Source of the DNA: Eledone cirrhosa
Taxonomy: Eukaryota
Assembly: GCA_964016885.1 (NCBI GenBank)
Contig: OZ024758.1
Span: forward strand, 37,882,001 to 37,946,000
Length of the DNA: 64,000 bases
Direction: 5' to 3'
Positions 1 through 12,790 of the stretch are shown here, piece by piece. Position 1 is the first letter of the stretch. Each line of letters begins with the position of its first letter. The notes beneath the pieces are model-generated. The model worked only from the letters and a program-made list of their open reading frames with translations. It did no database searches and was not told the origin of the DNA. A program made the position numbers and the translations under genes.

Positions 1-3000
1 ACTAGCTGTCAGAAGTAACCCCAATGTTGGTGAGAATTCATTTAAGTTCATGGTATTAGCTGTCAGAAGTCACTCCAATGTTGGTGAGAATTCATTTAAG
101 TTCATGGTACTAGCTGTCAGAAGTCACTCCACTGTTGGTGAGAATTCATTTAAGTTCATGGTACTAGCTGTCAGAAGTCACTCCAATGTTGGTGAGAATT
201 CATTTAAGTTCATGGTACTAGCTGTCAGAAGTAACTCCAATGTTGGTGAGAATTCATTTAAGTTCATGGTATTAGCTGTCAGAAGGAATTCCACTGTTGC
301 TGAGAATTCATTTAAGTTCATGGTATTAGCTGTCAGAAGTAACTCCACTGTTGGTGAGAATTCATTTAAGTTCATGGTACTAGCTGTCAGAAGTAACTCC
401 ACTGTTGGTGAGAATTCATTTAAGTTCATGGTACTAGCTGTCAGAAGTAACCCCAATGTTGGTGAGAATTCATTTAAGTTCATGGTATTAGCTGTCAGAA
501 GTCACTCCAATGTTGGTGAGAATACATTTAAGTTCATGGTACTAGCTGTCAGAAGTAACCCCAATGTTGGTGAGAATTCATTTAAGTTCATGGTATTAGA
601 TGTCAGAAGTCACTCCAATGTTGGTGAGAATTCATTTAAGTTCATGGTATTAGCTGTCAGAAGTAACTCCACTGTTGGTAAGAATTCATTTAAGTTCATG
701 GTATTAGCTGTCAGAAGTAACTCCACTGTTGGTGAGAATTCATTTAAGTTCATGGTATTAGCTGTCAGAAGTAACTCCACTGTTGGTGAGAATTCATTTA
801 AGTTCATGGTACTAGCTGTCAGAAGTAACTCCACTGTTGGTGAGAATTCATTTAAGTTCATGGTATTAGCTGTCAGAAGTCACTCCAATGTTGGTGAGAA
901 TTCATTTAAGTTCATGGTATTAGCTGTCAGAAGTAACTCCACTGTTGGTGAGAATTCATTTAAGTTCATGGTATTAGCTGTCAGAAGTAACTCCACTGTT
1001 GGTGAGAATTCATTTAAGTTCATGGTACTAGCTGTCAGAAGTAACTCCACTGTTGGTGAGAATTCATTTAAGTTCATGGTATTAGCTGTCAGAAGTCACT
1101 CCAATGTTGGTGAGAATTCATTTAAGTTCATGGTATTAGCTGTCAGAAGTCACTCCACTGTTGGTGAGAATTCATTTAAGTTCATGGTATTAGCTGTCAG
1201 AAGTAACTCCACTGTTGGTGAGAATTCATTTAAGTCATGGTATTAGCTGTCAGAAGTAACTCCAATGTTGGTGAGAATTCATTTAAGTTCATGGTATTAG
1301 CTGTCAGAAGTCACTCCAATGTTGGTGAGAATTCATTTAAGTTCATGGTATTAGCTGTCAGAAGTAACTCCACTGTTGGTGAGAATTCATTTAAGTTCAT
1401 GGTATTAGCTGTCAGAAGTAACTCCACTGTTGGTGAGAATTCATTTAAGTTCATGGTATTAGCTGTCAGAAGTAACTCCACTGTTGGTGAGAATTCATTT
1501 AAGTTCATGTTATTAGCTGTCAGAAGTAACTCCACTGTTGGTGAGAATTCATTTAAGTTCATGGTATTAGCTGTCAGAAGGAACGCCACTGTTGGTGAGA
1601 ATTCATTTAAATTCATGGTATTAGCTGTCAGAAGTAACTCCACTGTTGGTGAGAATTCATTTAAGTTCATGGTACTAGCTGTCAGAAGTAACTCCAATGT
1701 TGGTGAGAATTCATTTAAGTTCATGGTATTAGCTGTCAGAAGGAATTCCACTGTTGCTGAGAATTCATTTAAGTTCATGGTATTAGCTGTCAGAAGTAAC
1801 TCCACTGTTGGTGAGAATTCATTTAAGTTCATGGTATTAGCTGTCAGAAGTAACTCCACTGTTGGTGAGAATTCATTTAAGTTCATGGTATTAGCTGTCA
1901 GAAGGAACTCCAATGTTGGTGAGAATTCATTTAAGTCATGGTACTAGCTGTCAGAAGTAACTCCACTGTTGGTGAGAATTCATTTAAGTTCATGGTATTA
2001 GCTGTCAGAAGGAACGCCACTGTTGGTGAGAATTCATTTAAATTCATGGTATTAGCTGTCAGAAGTAACTCCACTGTTGGTGAGAATTCATTTAAGTTCA
2101 TGGTACTAGCTGTCAGAAGTAACTCCAATGTTGGTGAGAATTCATTTAAGTTCATGGTATTAGCTGTCAGAAGTAACTCCACTATTGGTGAGAATTCATT
2201 TAAGTTCATGGTATTAGCTGTCAGAAGTCACTCCAATGTTGGTGAGAATTCATTTAAGTCATGGTACTAGCTGTCAGAAGTAACTCCACTGTTGGTGAGA
2301 ATTCATTTAAGTTCATTGTATTAGCTGTCAGAAGGAACGCCACTGTTGGTGAGAATTCATTTAAGTTCATGGTATTAGCTGTCAGAAGTAACTCCACTGT
2401 TGGTGAGAATTCATTTAAGTTCATGGTACTAGCTGTCAGAAGTAACTCCAATGTTGGTGAGAATTCATTTAAGTTCATGGTATTAGCTGTCAGAAGGAAC
2501 TCCACTGTTGCTGAGAATTCATTTAAGTTCATGGTATTAGCTGTCAGAAGTAACTCCACTGTTGGTGAGAATTCATTTAAGTTCATGGTACTAGCTGTCA
2601 GAAGTCACTCCACTGTTGGTGCGAATACATTTAAGTTCATGGTACTAGCTGTCAGAAGTAACCCCAATGTTGGTGAGAATTCATTTAAGTTCATGGTATT
2701 AGCTGTCAGAAGTCACTCCAATGTTCGTGAGAATTCATTTAAGTTCATGGTATTAGCTGTCAGAAGTAACTCCACTGTTGGTAAGAATTCATTTAAGTTC
2801 ATGGTATTAGCTGTCAGAAGTCACTCCACTGGTGGTGAGAATTCATTTAAGTTCATGGTATTAGCTGTCAGAAGTCACTCCAATGTTGGTGAGAATTCAT
2901 TTAAGTTCATGGTATTAGCTGTCAGAAGTAACTCCACTGTTGGTGAGAATTCATTTAAGTTCATGGTATTAGCTGTCAGAAGTAACTCCACTGTTGGTGA

Positions 3001-3069
3001 GAATTCATTTAAGTTCATGGTATTAGCTGTCAGAAGTAACTCCACTGTTGGTGAGAATTCATTTAAGTC

Positions 3070-6000
3070 ATGCTATTAGCTGTCAGAAGTAACTCCAATG
3101 TTGGTGAGAATTCATTTAAGTTCATGGTATTAGCTGTCAGAAGTCACTCCACTGTTGGTGAGAATTCATTTAAGTTCATGGTACTAGCTGTCAGAAGTAA
3201 CCCCAATGTTGGTGAGAATTCATTTAAGTTCATGGTATTAGCTGTCAGAAGTCACTCCAATGTTGGTGAGAATTCATTTAAGTTCATGGTATTAGCTGTC
3301 AGAAGTAACTCCACTGTTGGTGAGAATTCATTTAAGTTCATGGTATTAGCTGTCAGAAGTAACTCCACTGTTGGTGAGAATTCATTTAAGTTCATGGTAT
3401 TAGCTGTCAGAAGTAACTCCACTGTTGGTGAGAATTCATTTAAGTTCATGGTATTAGCTGTCAGAAGTAACTCCACTGTTGGTGAGAATTCATTTAAGTT
3501 CATGGTATTAGCTGTCAGAAGGAACGCCACTGTTGGTGAGAATTCATTTAAATTCATGGTATTAGCTGTCAGAAGTAACTCCACTGTTGGTGAGAATTCA
3601 TTTAAGTTCATGGTACTAGCTGTCAGAAGTAACTCCAATGTTGGTGAGAATTCATTTAAGTTCATGGTATTAGCTGTCAGAAGGAATTCCACTGTTGCTG
3701 AGAATTCATTTAAGTTCATGGTATTAGCTGTCAGAAGTAACTCCACTGTTGGTGAGAATTCATTTAAGTTCATGGTACTAGCTGTCAGAAGTAACTCCAC
3801 TGTTGGTGAGAATTCATTTAAGTTCATGGTACTAACTGTCAGAAGTAACCCCAATGTTGGTGAGAATTCATTTAAGTTCATGGTATTAGCTGTCAGAAGT
3901 CACTCCAATGTTGGTGAGAATACATTTAAGTTCATGGTACTAGCTGTCAGAAGTAACCCCAATGTTGGTGAGAATTCATTTAAGTTCATGGTATTAGCTG
4001 TCAGAAGTCACTCCAATGTTGGTGAGAATTCATTTAAGTTCATGGTATTAGCTGTCAGAAGTAACTCCACTGTTGGTAAGAATTCATTTAAGTTCATGGT
4101 ATTAGCTGTCAGAAGTAACTCCACTGTTGGTGAGAATTCATTTAAGTTCATGGTATTAGCTGTCAGAAGTAACTCCACTGTTGGTGAGAATTCATTTAAG
4201 TTCATGGTACTAGCTGTCAGAAGTAACTCCACTGTTGGTGAGAATTCATTTAAGTTCATGGTATTAGCTGTCAGAAGTCACTCCAATGTTGGTGAGAATT
4301 CATTTAAGTTCATGGTATTAGCTGTCAGAAGTCACTCCACTGTTGGTGAGAATTCATTTAAGTTCATGGTACTAGCTGTCAGAAGTAACCCCAATGTTGG
4401 TGAGAATTCATTTAAGTTCATGGTATTAGCTGTCAGAAGTCACTCCAATGTTGGTGAGAATTCATTTAAGTTCATGGTATTAGCTGTCAGAAGTAACTGC
4501 ACTGTTGGTGAGAATTCGTTTAAGTTCATGGTATTAGCTGTCAGAAGTAACTCCACTGTTGGTGAGAATTCATTTAAGTTCATGGTATTAGCTGTCCGAA
4601 GTAACTCCACTGTTGGTGAGAATTCATTTAAGTTCATGGTATTAGCTGTCAGAAGTAACTCCACTGTTGGTGAGAATTCATTTAAGTTCATGGTATTAGC
4701 TGTCAGAAGTAACTCCACAGTTGGTGAGAATTCATTTAAGTTCATGGTACTAGCTGTCAGAAGTAACTCCACTGTTGGTGAGAATTCATTTAAGTTCATG
4801 GTATTAGCTGTCAGAAGTCACTCCAATGTTGGTGAGAATTCATTTAAGTTCATGGTATTAGCTGTCAGAAGTCACTCCACTGTTGGTGAGAATTCATTTA
4901 AGTTCATGGTACTAGCTGTCAGAAGTAACCCCAATGTTGGTGAGAATTCATTTAAGTTCATGGTATTAGCTGTCAGAAGTCACTCCAATGTTGGTGAGAA
5001 TTCATTTAAGTTCATGGTATTAGCTGTCAGAAGTAACTCCACTGTTGGTGAGAATTCATTTAAGTTCATGGTATTAGCTGTCAGAAGTAACTCCACTGTT
5101 GGTGAGAATTCATTTAAGTTCATGGTATTAGCTGTCAGAAGTAACTCCACTGTTGGTGAGAATTCATTTAAGTTCATGGTATTAGCTGTCAGAAGTAACT
5201 CCACTGTTGGTGAGAATTCATTTAAGTTCATGGTATTAGCTGTCAGAAGGAACGCCACTGTTGGTCAGAATTCATTTAAATTCATGGTATTAGCTGTCAG
5301 AAGTAACTCCACTATCGGTGAGAATTCATTTAAGTTCATGGTACTAGCTGTCAGAAGTAACTCCAATGTTGGTGAGAATTCATTTAAGTTCATGGTATTA
5401 GCTGTCAGAAGGAATTCCACTGTTGCTGAGAATTCATTTAAGTTCATGGTATTAGCTGTCAGAAGTAACTCCACTGTTGGTGAGAATTCATTTAAGTTCA
5501 TGGTACTAGCTGTCAGAAGTAACTCCACTGTTGGTGAGAATTCATTTAAGTTCATGGTACTAGCTGTCAGAAGTAACCCCAATGTTGGTGAGAATTCATT
5601 TAAGTTCATGGTATTAGCTGTCAGAAGTCACTCCAATGTTGGTGAGAATACATTTAAGTTCATGGTACTAGCTGTCAGAAGTAACCCCAATGTTGGTGAG
5701 AATTCATTTAAGTTCATGGTATTAGCTGTCAGAAGTCACTCCAATGTTGGTGAGAATTCATTTAAGTTCATGGTATTAGCTGTCATAAGTAACTCCACTG
5801 TTGGTAAGAATTCATTTAAGTTCATGGTATTAGCTGTCAGATGTAACTCCACTGTTGGTGAGAATTCATTTAAGTTCATGGTATTAGCTGTCAGAAGTAA
5901 CTCCACTGTTGGTGAGAATTCATTTAAGTTCATGGTACTAGCTGTCAGAAGTAACTCCACTGTTGGTGAGAATTCATTTAAGTTCATGGTATTAGCTGTC

Positions 6001-8468
6001 AGAAGTCACTCCAATGTTGGTGAGAATTCATTTAAGTTCATGGTATTAGCTGTCAGAAGTCACTCCACTGTTGGTGAGAATTCATTTAAGTTCATGGTAC
6101 TAGCTGTCAGAAGTAACCCCAATGTTGGTGAGAATTCATTTAAGTTCATGGTATTAGCTGTCAGAAGTCACTCCAATGTTGGTGAGAATTCATTTATGTT
6201 CATGGTACTAGCTGTCAGAAGTAACTCCAATGTTGGTGAGAATTCATTTAAGTTCATGGTATTAGCTGTCAGAAGGAATTCCACTGTTGCTGAGAATTCA
6301 TTTAAGTTCATGGTATTAGCTGTCAGAAGTAACTCCACTGTTGGTGAGAATTCATTTAAGTTCATGGTACTAGCTGTCAGAAGTAACTCCACTGTTGGTG
6401 AGAATTCATTTAAGTTCATGGTACTAGCTGTCAGAAGTAACCCCAATGTTGGTGAGAATTCATTTAAGTTCATGGTATTAGCTGTCAGAAGTCACTCCAA
6501 TGTTGGTGAGAATACATTTAAGTTCATGGTACTAGCTGTCAGAAGTAACCCCAATGTTGGTGAGAATTCATTTAAGTTCATGGTATTAGCTGTCAGAAGT
6601 CACTCCAATGTTGGTGAGAATTCATTTAAGTTCATGGTATTAGCTGTCAGAAGTAACTCCACTGTTGGTAAGAATTCATTTAAGTTCATGGTATTAGCTG
6701 TCAGAAGTAACTCCACTGTTGGTGAGAATTCATTTAAGTTCATGGTATTAGCTGTCAGAAGTAACTCCACTGTTGGTGAGAATTCATTTAAGTTCATGGT
6801 ACTAGCTGTCAGAAGTAACTCCACTGTTGGTGAGAATTCATTTAAGTTCATGGTATTAGCTGTCAGAAGTCACTCCACTGTTGGTGAGAATTCATTTAAG
6901 TTCATGGTACTAGCTGTCAGAAGTAACCCCAATGTTGGTGAGAATTCATTTAAGTTCATGGTATTAGCTGTCAGAAGTCACTCCAATGTTGGTGAGAATT
7001 CATTTAAGTTCATGGTACTAGCTGTCAGAAGTCACTCCACTGTTGGTGAGAATTCATTTAAGTTCATGGTACTAGCTGTCAGAAGTCACTCCAATGTTGG
7101 TGAGAATTCATTTAAGTTCATGGTACTAGCTGTCAGAAGTAACTCCAATGTTGGTGAGAATTCATTTAAGTTCATGGTATTAGCTGTCAGAAGGAATTCC
7201 ACTGTTGCTGAGAATTCATTTAAGTTCATGGTATTAGCTGTCAGAAGTAACTCCACTGTTGGTGAGAATTCATTTAAGTTCATGGTACTAGCTGTCAGAA
7301 GTAACTCCACTGTTGGTGAGAATTCATTTAAGTTCATGGTACTAGCTGTCAGAAGTAACCCCAATGTTGGTGAGAATTCATTTAAGTTCATGGTATTAGC
7401 TGTCAGAAGTCACTCCAATGTTGGTGAGAATACATTTAAGTTCATGGTACTAGCTGTCAGAAGTAACCCCAATGTTGGTGAGAATTCATTTAAGTTCATG
7501 GTATTAGATGTCAGAAGTCACTCCAATGTTGGTGAGAATTCATTTAAGTTCATGGTATTAGCTGTCAGAAGTAACTCCACTGTTGGTAAGAATTCATTTA
7601 AGTTCATGGTATTAGCTGTCAGAAGTAACTCCACTGTTGGTGAGAATTCATTTAAGTTCATGGTATTAGCTGTCAGAAGTAACTCCACTGTTGGTGAGAA
7701 TTCATTTAAGTTCATGGTACTAGCTGTCAGAAGTAACTCCACTGTTGGTGAGAATTCATTTAAGTTCATGGTATTAGCTGTCAGAAGTCACTCCAATGTT
7801 GGTGAGAATTCATTTAAGTTCATGGTATTAGCTGTCAGAAGTAACTCCACTGTTGGTGAGAATTCATTTAAGTTCATGGTATTAGCTGTCAGAAGTAACT
7901 CCACTGTTGGTGAGAATTCATTTAAGTTCATGGTACTAGCTGTCAGAAGTAACTCCACTGTTGGTGAGAATTCATTTAAGTTCATGGTATTAGCTGTCAG
8001 AAGTCACTCCAATGTTGGTGAGAATTCATTTAAGTTCATGGTATTAGCTGTCAGAAGTCACTCCACTGTTGGTGAGAATTCATTTAAGTTCATGGTACTA
8101 GCTGTCAGAAGTAACCCCAATGTTGGTGAGAATTCATTTAAGTTCATGGTATTAGCTGTCAGAAGTCACTCCAATGTTGGTGAGAATTCATTTAAGTTCA
8201 TGGTACTAGCTGTCAGAAGTCACTCCACTGTTGGTGAGAATTCATTTAAGTTCATGGTACTAGCTGTCAGAAGTAACCCCAATGTTGGTGAGAATTCATT
8301 TAAGTTCATGGTATTAGCTGTCAGAAGTAACTCCACTGTTGGTGAGAATTCATTTAAGTTCATGGTATTAGCTGTCAGAAGTAACTCCACTGTTGGTGAG
8401 AATTCATTTAAGTTCATGGTATTAGCTGTCAGAAGTAACTCCACTGTTGGTGAGAATTCATTTAAGTC
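3070..8468. repeat. Indel-free run of 100 monomers with a 32-mer (1728 bp) duplication and 16/17-mer (864/918 bp) sub-periods
   Basis: ORF-track offsets 3252->4980, 4008->5736 and 4440->6168 are all 1728 bp (32x54). Offsets 5736->6600 = 864 and 6600->7518 = 918. The GGTAAG marker lies at about 4078, 5806, 6670 and 7588. Confidence 0.85.
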
Positions 8469-11400
8469 ATGGTATTAGCTGTCAGAAGTAACTCCAATGT
8501 TGGTGAGAATTCATTTAAGTTCATGGTATTAGCTGTCAGAAGTCACTCCAATGTTGGTGAGAATTCATTTAAGTTCATGGTATTAGCTGTCAGAAGTAAC
8601 TCCACTGTTGGTGAGAATTCATTTAAGTTCATGGTATTAGCTGTCAGAAGTAACTCCACTGTTGGTGAGAATTCATTTAAGTTCATGGTATTAGCTGTCA
8701 GAAGTAACTCCACTGTTGGTGAGAATTCATTTAAGTTCATGTTATTAGCTGTCAGAAGTAACTCCACTGTTGGTGAGAATTCATTTAAGTTCATGGTATT
8801 AGCTGTCAGAAGGAACGCCACTGTTGGTGAGAATTCATTTAAATTCATGGTATTAGCTGTCAGAAGTAACTCCACTGTTGGTGAGAATTCATTTAAGTTC
8901 ATGGTACTAGCTGTCAGAAGTAACTCCAATGTTGGTGAGAATTCATTTAAGTTCATGGTATTAGCTGTCAGAAGGAATTCCACTGTTGCTGAGAATTCAT
9001 TTAAGTTCATGGTATTAGCTGTCAGAAGTAACTCCACTGTTGGTGAGAATTCATTTAAGTTCATGGTACTAGCTGTCAGAAGTAACCCCACTGTTGGTGA
9101 GAATTCATTTAAGTTCATGGTACTAGCTGTCAGAAGTAACCCCAATGTTGGTGAGAATTCATTTAAGTTCATGGTATTAGCTGTCAGAAGTCACTCCAAT
9201 GTTGGTGAGAATACATTTAAGTTCATGGTACTAGCTGTCAGAAGTAACCCCAATGTTGGTGAGAATTCATTTAAGTTCATGGTATTAGCTGTCAGAAGTC
9301 ACTCGAATGTTGGTGAGAATTCATTTAAGTTCATGGTATTAGCTGTCAGAAGTAACTCCACTGTTGGTGAGAATTCATTTAAGTTCATGGTATTAGTTTG
9401 TCAGAAGTAACTCCACTGTTGGTGAGAATTCATTTAAGTCATGGTATTAGTTGTCAGAAGTAACTCCAATGTTGGTGAGAATTCATTTAAGTTCATGGTA
9501 CTAGCTGTCAGAAGTAACTCCAATGTTGGTGAGAATTCATTTAAGTTCATGGTATTAGCTGTCAGAAGGAATTCCACTGTTGCTGAGAATTCATTTAAGT
9601 TCATGGTATTAGCTGTCAGAAGTAACTCCACTGTTGGTGAGAATTCATTTAAGTTCATGGTACTAGCTGTCAGAAGTAACTCCACTGTTGGTGAGAATTC
9701 ATTTAAGTTCATGGTACTAGCTGTCAGAAGTAACCCCAATGTTGGTGAGAATTCATTTAAGTTCATGGTATTAGCTGTCAGAAGTCACTCCAATGTTGGT
9801 GAGAATACATTTAAGTTCATGGTACTAGCTGTCAGAAGTAACCCCAATGTTGGTGAGAATTCATTTAAGTTCATGGTATTAGCTGTCAGAAGTCACTCCA
9901 ATGTTGGTGAGAATTCATTTAAGTTCATGGTATTAGCTGTCAGAAGTAACTCCACTGTTGGTAAGAATTCATTTAAGTTCATGGTATTAGCTGTCAGAAG
10001 TAACTCCACTGTTGGTGAGAATTCATTTAAGTTCATGGTATTAGCTGTCAGAAGTAACTCCACTGTTGGTGAGAATTCATTTAAGTTCATGGTACTAGCT
10101 GTCAGAAGTAACTCCACTGTTGGTGAGAATTCATTTAAGTTCATGGTATTAGCTGTCAGAAGTCACTCCACTGTTGGTGAGAATTCATTTAAGTTCATGG
10201 TACTAGCTGTCAGAAGTAACCCCAATGTTGGTGAGAATTCATTTAAGTTCATGGTATTAGCTGTCAGAAGTCACTCCAATGTTGGTGAGAATTCATTTAA
10301 GTTCATGGTACTAGCTGTCAGAAGTCACTCCACTGTTGGTGAGAATTCATTTAAGTTCATGGTACTAGCTGTCAGAAGTCACTCCAATGTTGGTGAGAAT
10401 TCATTTAAGTTCATGGTACTAGCTGTCAGAAGTAACTCCAATGTTGGTGAGAATTCATTTAAGTTCATGGTATTAGCTGTCAGAAGGAATTCCACTGTTG
10501 CTGAGAATTCATTTAAGTTCATGGTATTAGCTGTCAGAAGTAACTCCACTGTTGGTGAGAATTCATTTAAGTTCATGGTACTAGCTGTCAGAAGTAACTC
10601 CACTGTTGGTGAGAATTCATTTAAGTTCATGGTACTAGCTGTCAGAAGTAACCCCAATGTTGGTGAGAATTCATTTAAGTTCATGGTATTAGCTGTCAGA
10701 AGTCACTCCAATGTTGGTGAGAATACATTTAAGTTCATGGTACTAGCTGTCAGAAGTAACCCCAATGTTGGTGAGAATTCATTTAAGTTCATGGTATTAG
10801 ATGTCAGAAGTCACTCCAATGTTGGTGAGAATTCATTTAAGTTCATGGTATTAGCTGTCAGAAGTAACTCCACTGTTGGTAAGAATTCATTTAAGTTCAT
10901 GGTATTAGCTGTCAGAAGTAACTCCACTGTTGGTGAGAATTCATTTAAGTTCATGGTATTAGCTGTCAGAAGTAACTCCACTGTTGGTGAGAATTCATTT
11001 AAGTTCATGGTACTAGCTGTCAGAAGTAACTCCACTGTTGGTGAGAATTCATTTAAGTTCATGGTATTAGCTGTCAGAAGTCACTCCAATGTTGGTGAGA
11101 ATTCATTTAAGTTCATGGTATTAGCTGTCAGAAGTAACTCCACTGTTGGTGAGAATTCATTTAAGTTCATGGTATTAGCTGTCAGAAGTAACTCCACTGT
11201 TGGTGAGAATTCATTTAAGTTCATGGTACTAGCTGTCAGAAGTAACTCCACTGTTGGTGAGAATTCATTTAAGTTCATGGTATTAGCTGTCAGAAGTCAC
11301 TCCAATGTTGGTGAGAATTCATTTAAGTTCATGGTATTAGCTGTCAGAAGTCACTCCACTGTTGGTGAGAATTCATTTAAGTTCATGGTACTAGCTGTCA

Positions 11401-12790
11401 GAAGTAACCCCAATGTTGGTGAGAATTCATTTAAGTTCATGGTATTAGCTGTCAGAAGTCACTCCAATGTTGGTGAGAATTCATTTAAGTTCATGGTACT
11501 AGCTGTCAGAAGTCACTCCACTGTTGGTGAGAATTCATTTAAGTTCATGGTACTAGCTGTCAGAAGTAACCCCAATGTTGGTGAGAATTCATTTAAGTTC
11601 ATGGTATTAGCTGTCAGAAGTAACTCCACTGTTGGTGAGAATTCATTTAAGTTCATGGTATTAGCTGTCAGAAGTAACTCCACTGTTGGTGAGAATTCAT
11701 TTAAGTTCATGGTATTAGCTGTCAGAAGTAACTCCACTGTTGGTGAGAATTCATTTAAGTCATGGTATTAGCTGTCAGAAGTAACTCCAATGTTGGTGAG
11801 AATTCATTTAAGTTCATGGTATTAGCTGTCAGAAGTCACTCCAATGTTGGTGAGAATTCATTTAAGTTCATGGTATTAGCTGTCAGAAGTAACTCCACTG
11901 TTGGTGAGAATTCATTTAAGTTCATGGTATTAGCTGTCAGAAGTAACTCCACTGTTGGTGAGAATTCATTTAAGTTCATGGTATTAGCTGTCAGAAGTAA
12001 CTCCACTGTTGGTGAGAATTCATTTAAGTTCATGTTATTAGCTGTCAGAAGTAACTCCACTGTTGGTGAGAATTCATTTAAGTTCATGGTATTAGCTGTC
12101 AGAAGGAACGCCACTGTTGGTGAGAATTCATTTAAATTCATGGTATTAGCTGTCAGAAGTAACTCCACTGTTGGTGAGAATTCATTTAAGTTCATGGTAC
12201 TAGCTGTCAGAAGTAACTCCAATGTTGGTGAGAATTCATTTAAGTTCATGGTATTAGCTGTCAGAAGGAATTCCACTGTTGCTGAGAATTCATTTAAGTT
12301 CATGGTATTAGCTGTCAGAAGTAACTCCACTGTTGGTGAGAATTCATTTAAGTTCATGGTACTAGCTGTCAGAAGTAACCCCACTGTTGGTGAGAATTCA
12401 TTTAAGTTCATGGTACTAGCTGTCAGAAGTAACCCCAATGTTGGTGAGAATTCATTTAAGTTCATGGTATTAGCTGTCAGAAGTCACTCCAATGTTGGTG
12501 AGAATACATTTAAGTTCATGGTACTAGCTGTCAGAAGTAACCCCAATGTTGGTGAGAATTCATTTAAGTTCATGGTATTAGCTGTCAGAAGTCACTCGAA
12601 TGTTGGTGAGAATTCATTTAAGTTCATGGTATTAGCTGTCAGAAGTAACTCCACTGTTGGTGAGAATTCATTTAAGTTCATGGTATTAGTTTGTCAGAAG
12701 TAACTCCACTGTTGGTGAGAATTCATTTAAGTCATGGTATTAGTTGTCAGAAGTAACTCCAATGTTGGTGAGAATTCATTTAAGTTCATG
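6200..12790. repeat. Tandem duplication of a 61-monomer unit (3293 bp)
   Basis: Offsets 6600->9893, 7086->10379, 8469->11762 and 9410->12703 are all 3293. The copies share the rare variants TTAGATGTC, AACCCCACT, CACTCGAAT and TTAGTTTGTC. Confidence 0.92.

Noticed and set aside
88-115. Run of short palindromes (GAATTC, TTAA, CATG, GTAC, CTAG, AGCT) suggesting a synthetic polylinker concatemer
   Set aside because: Four-base palindromes are common by chance, and the hierarchical, inherited variant structure fits natural array evolution.
1237-1246. 10-bp stop/start overlaps (…SWY* over the next ATG) resembling translational coupling or an operon
   Set aside because: This follows automatically from a 1-bp deletion just before the monomer's ATG; there is no independent sign of translation.
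1606-1612. TTTAAAT variant resembling a -1 slippery heptamer
   Set aside because: It is out of phase with the open frame (TTT AAA TTC), has no evident downstream stimulatory structure, and there is no gene context.
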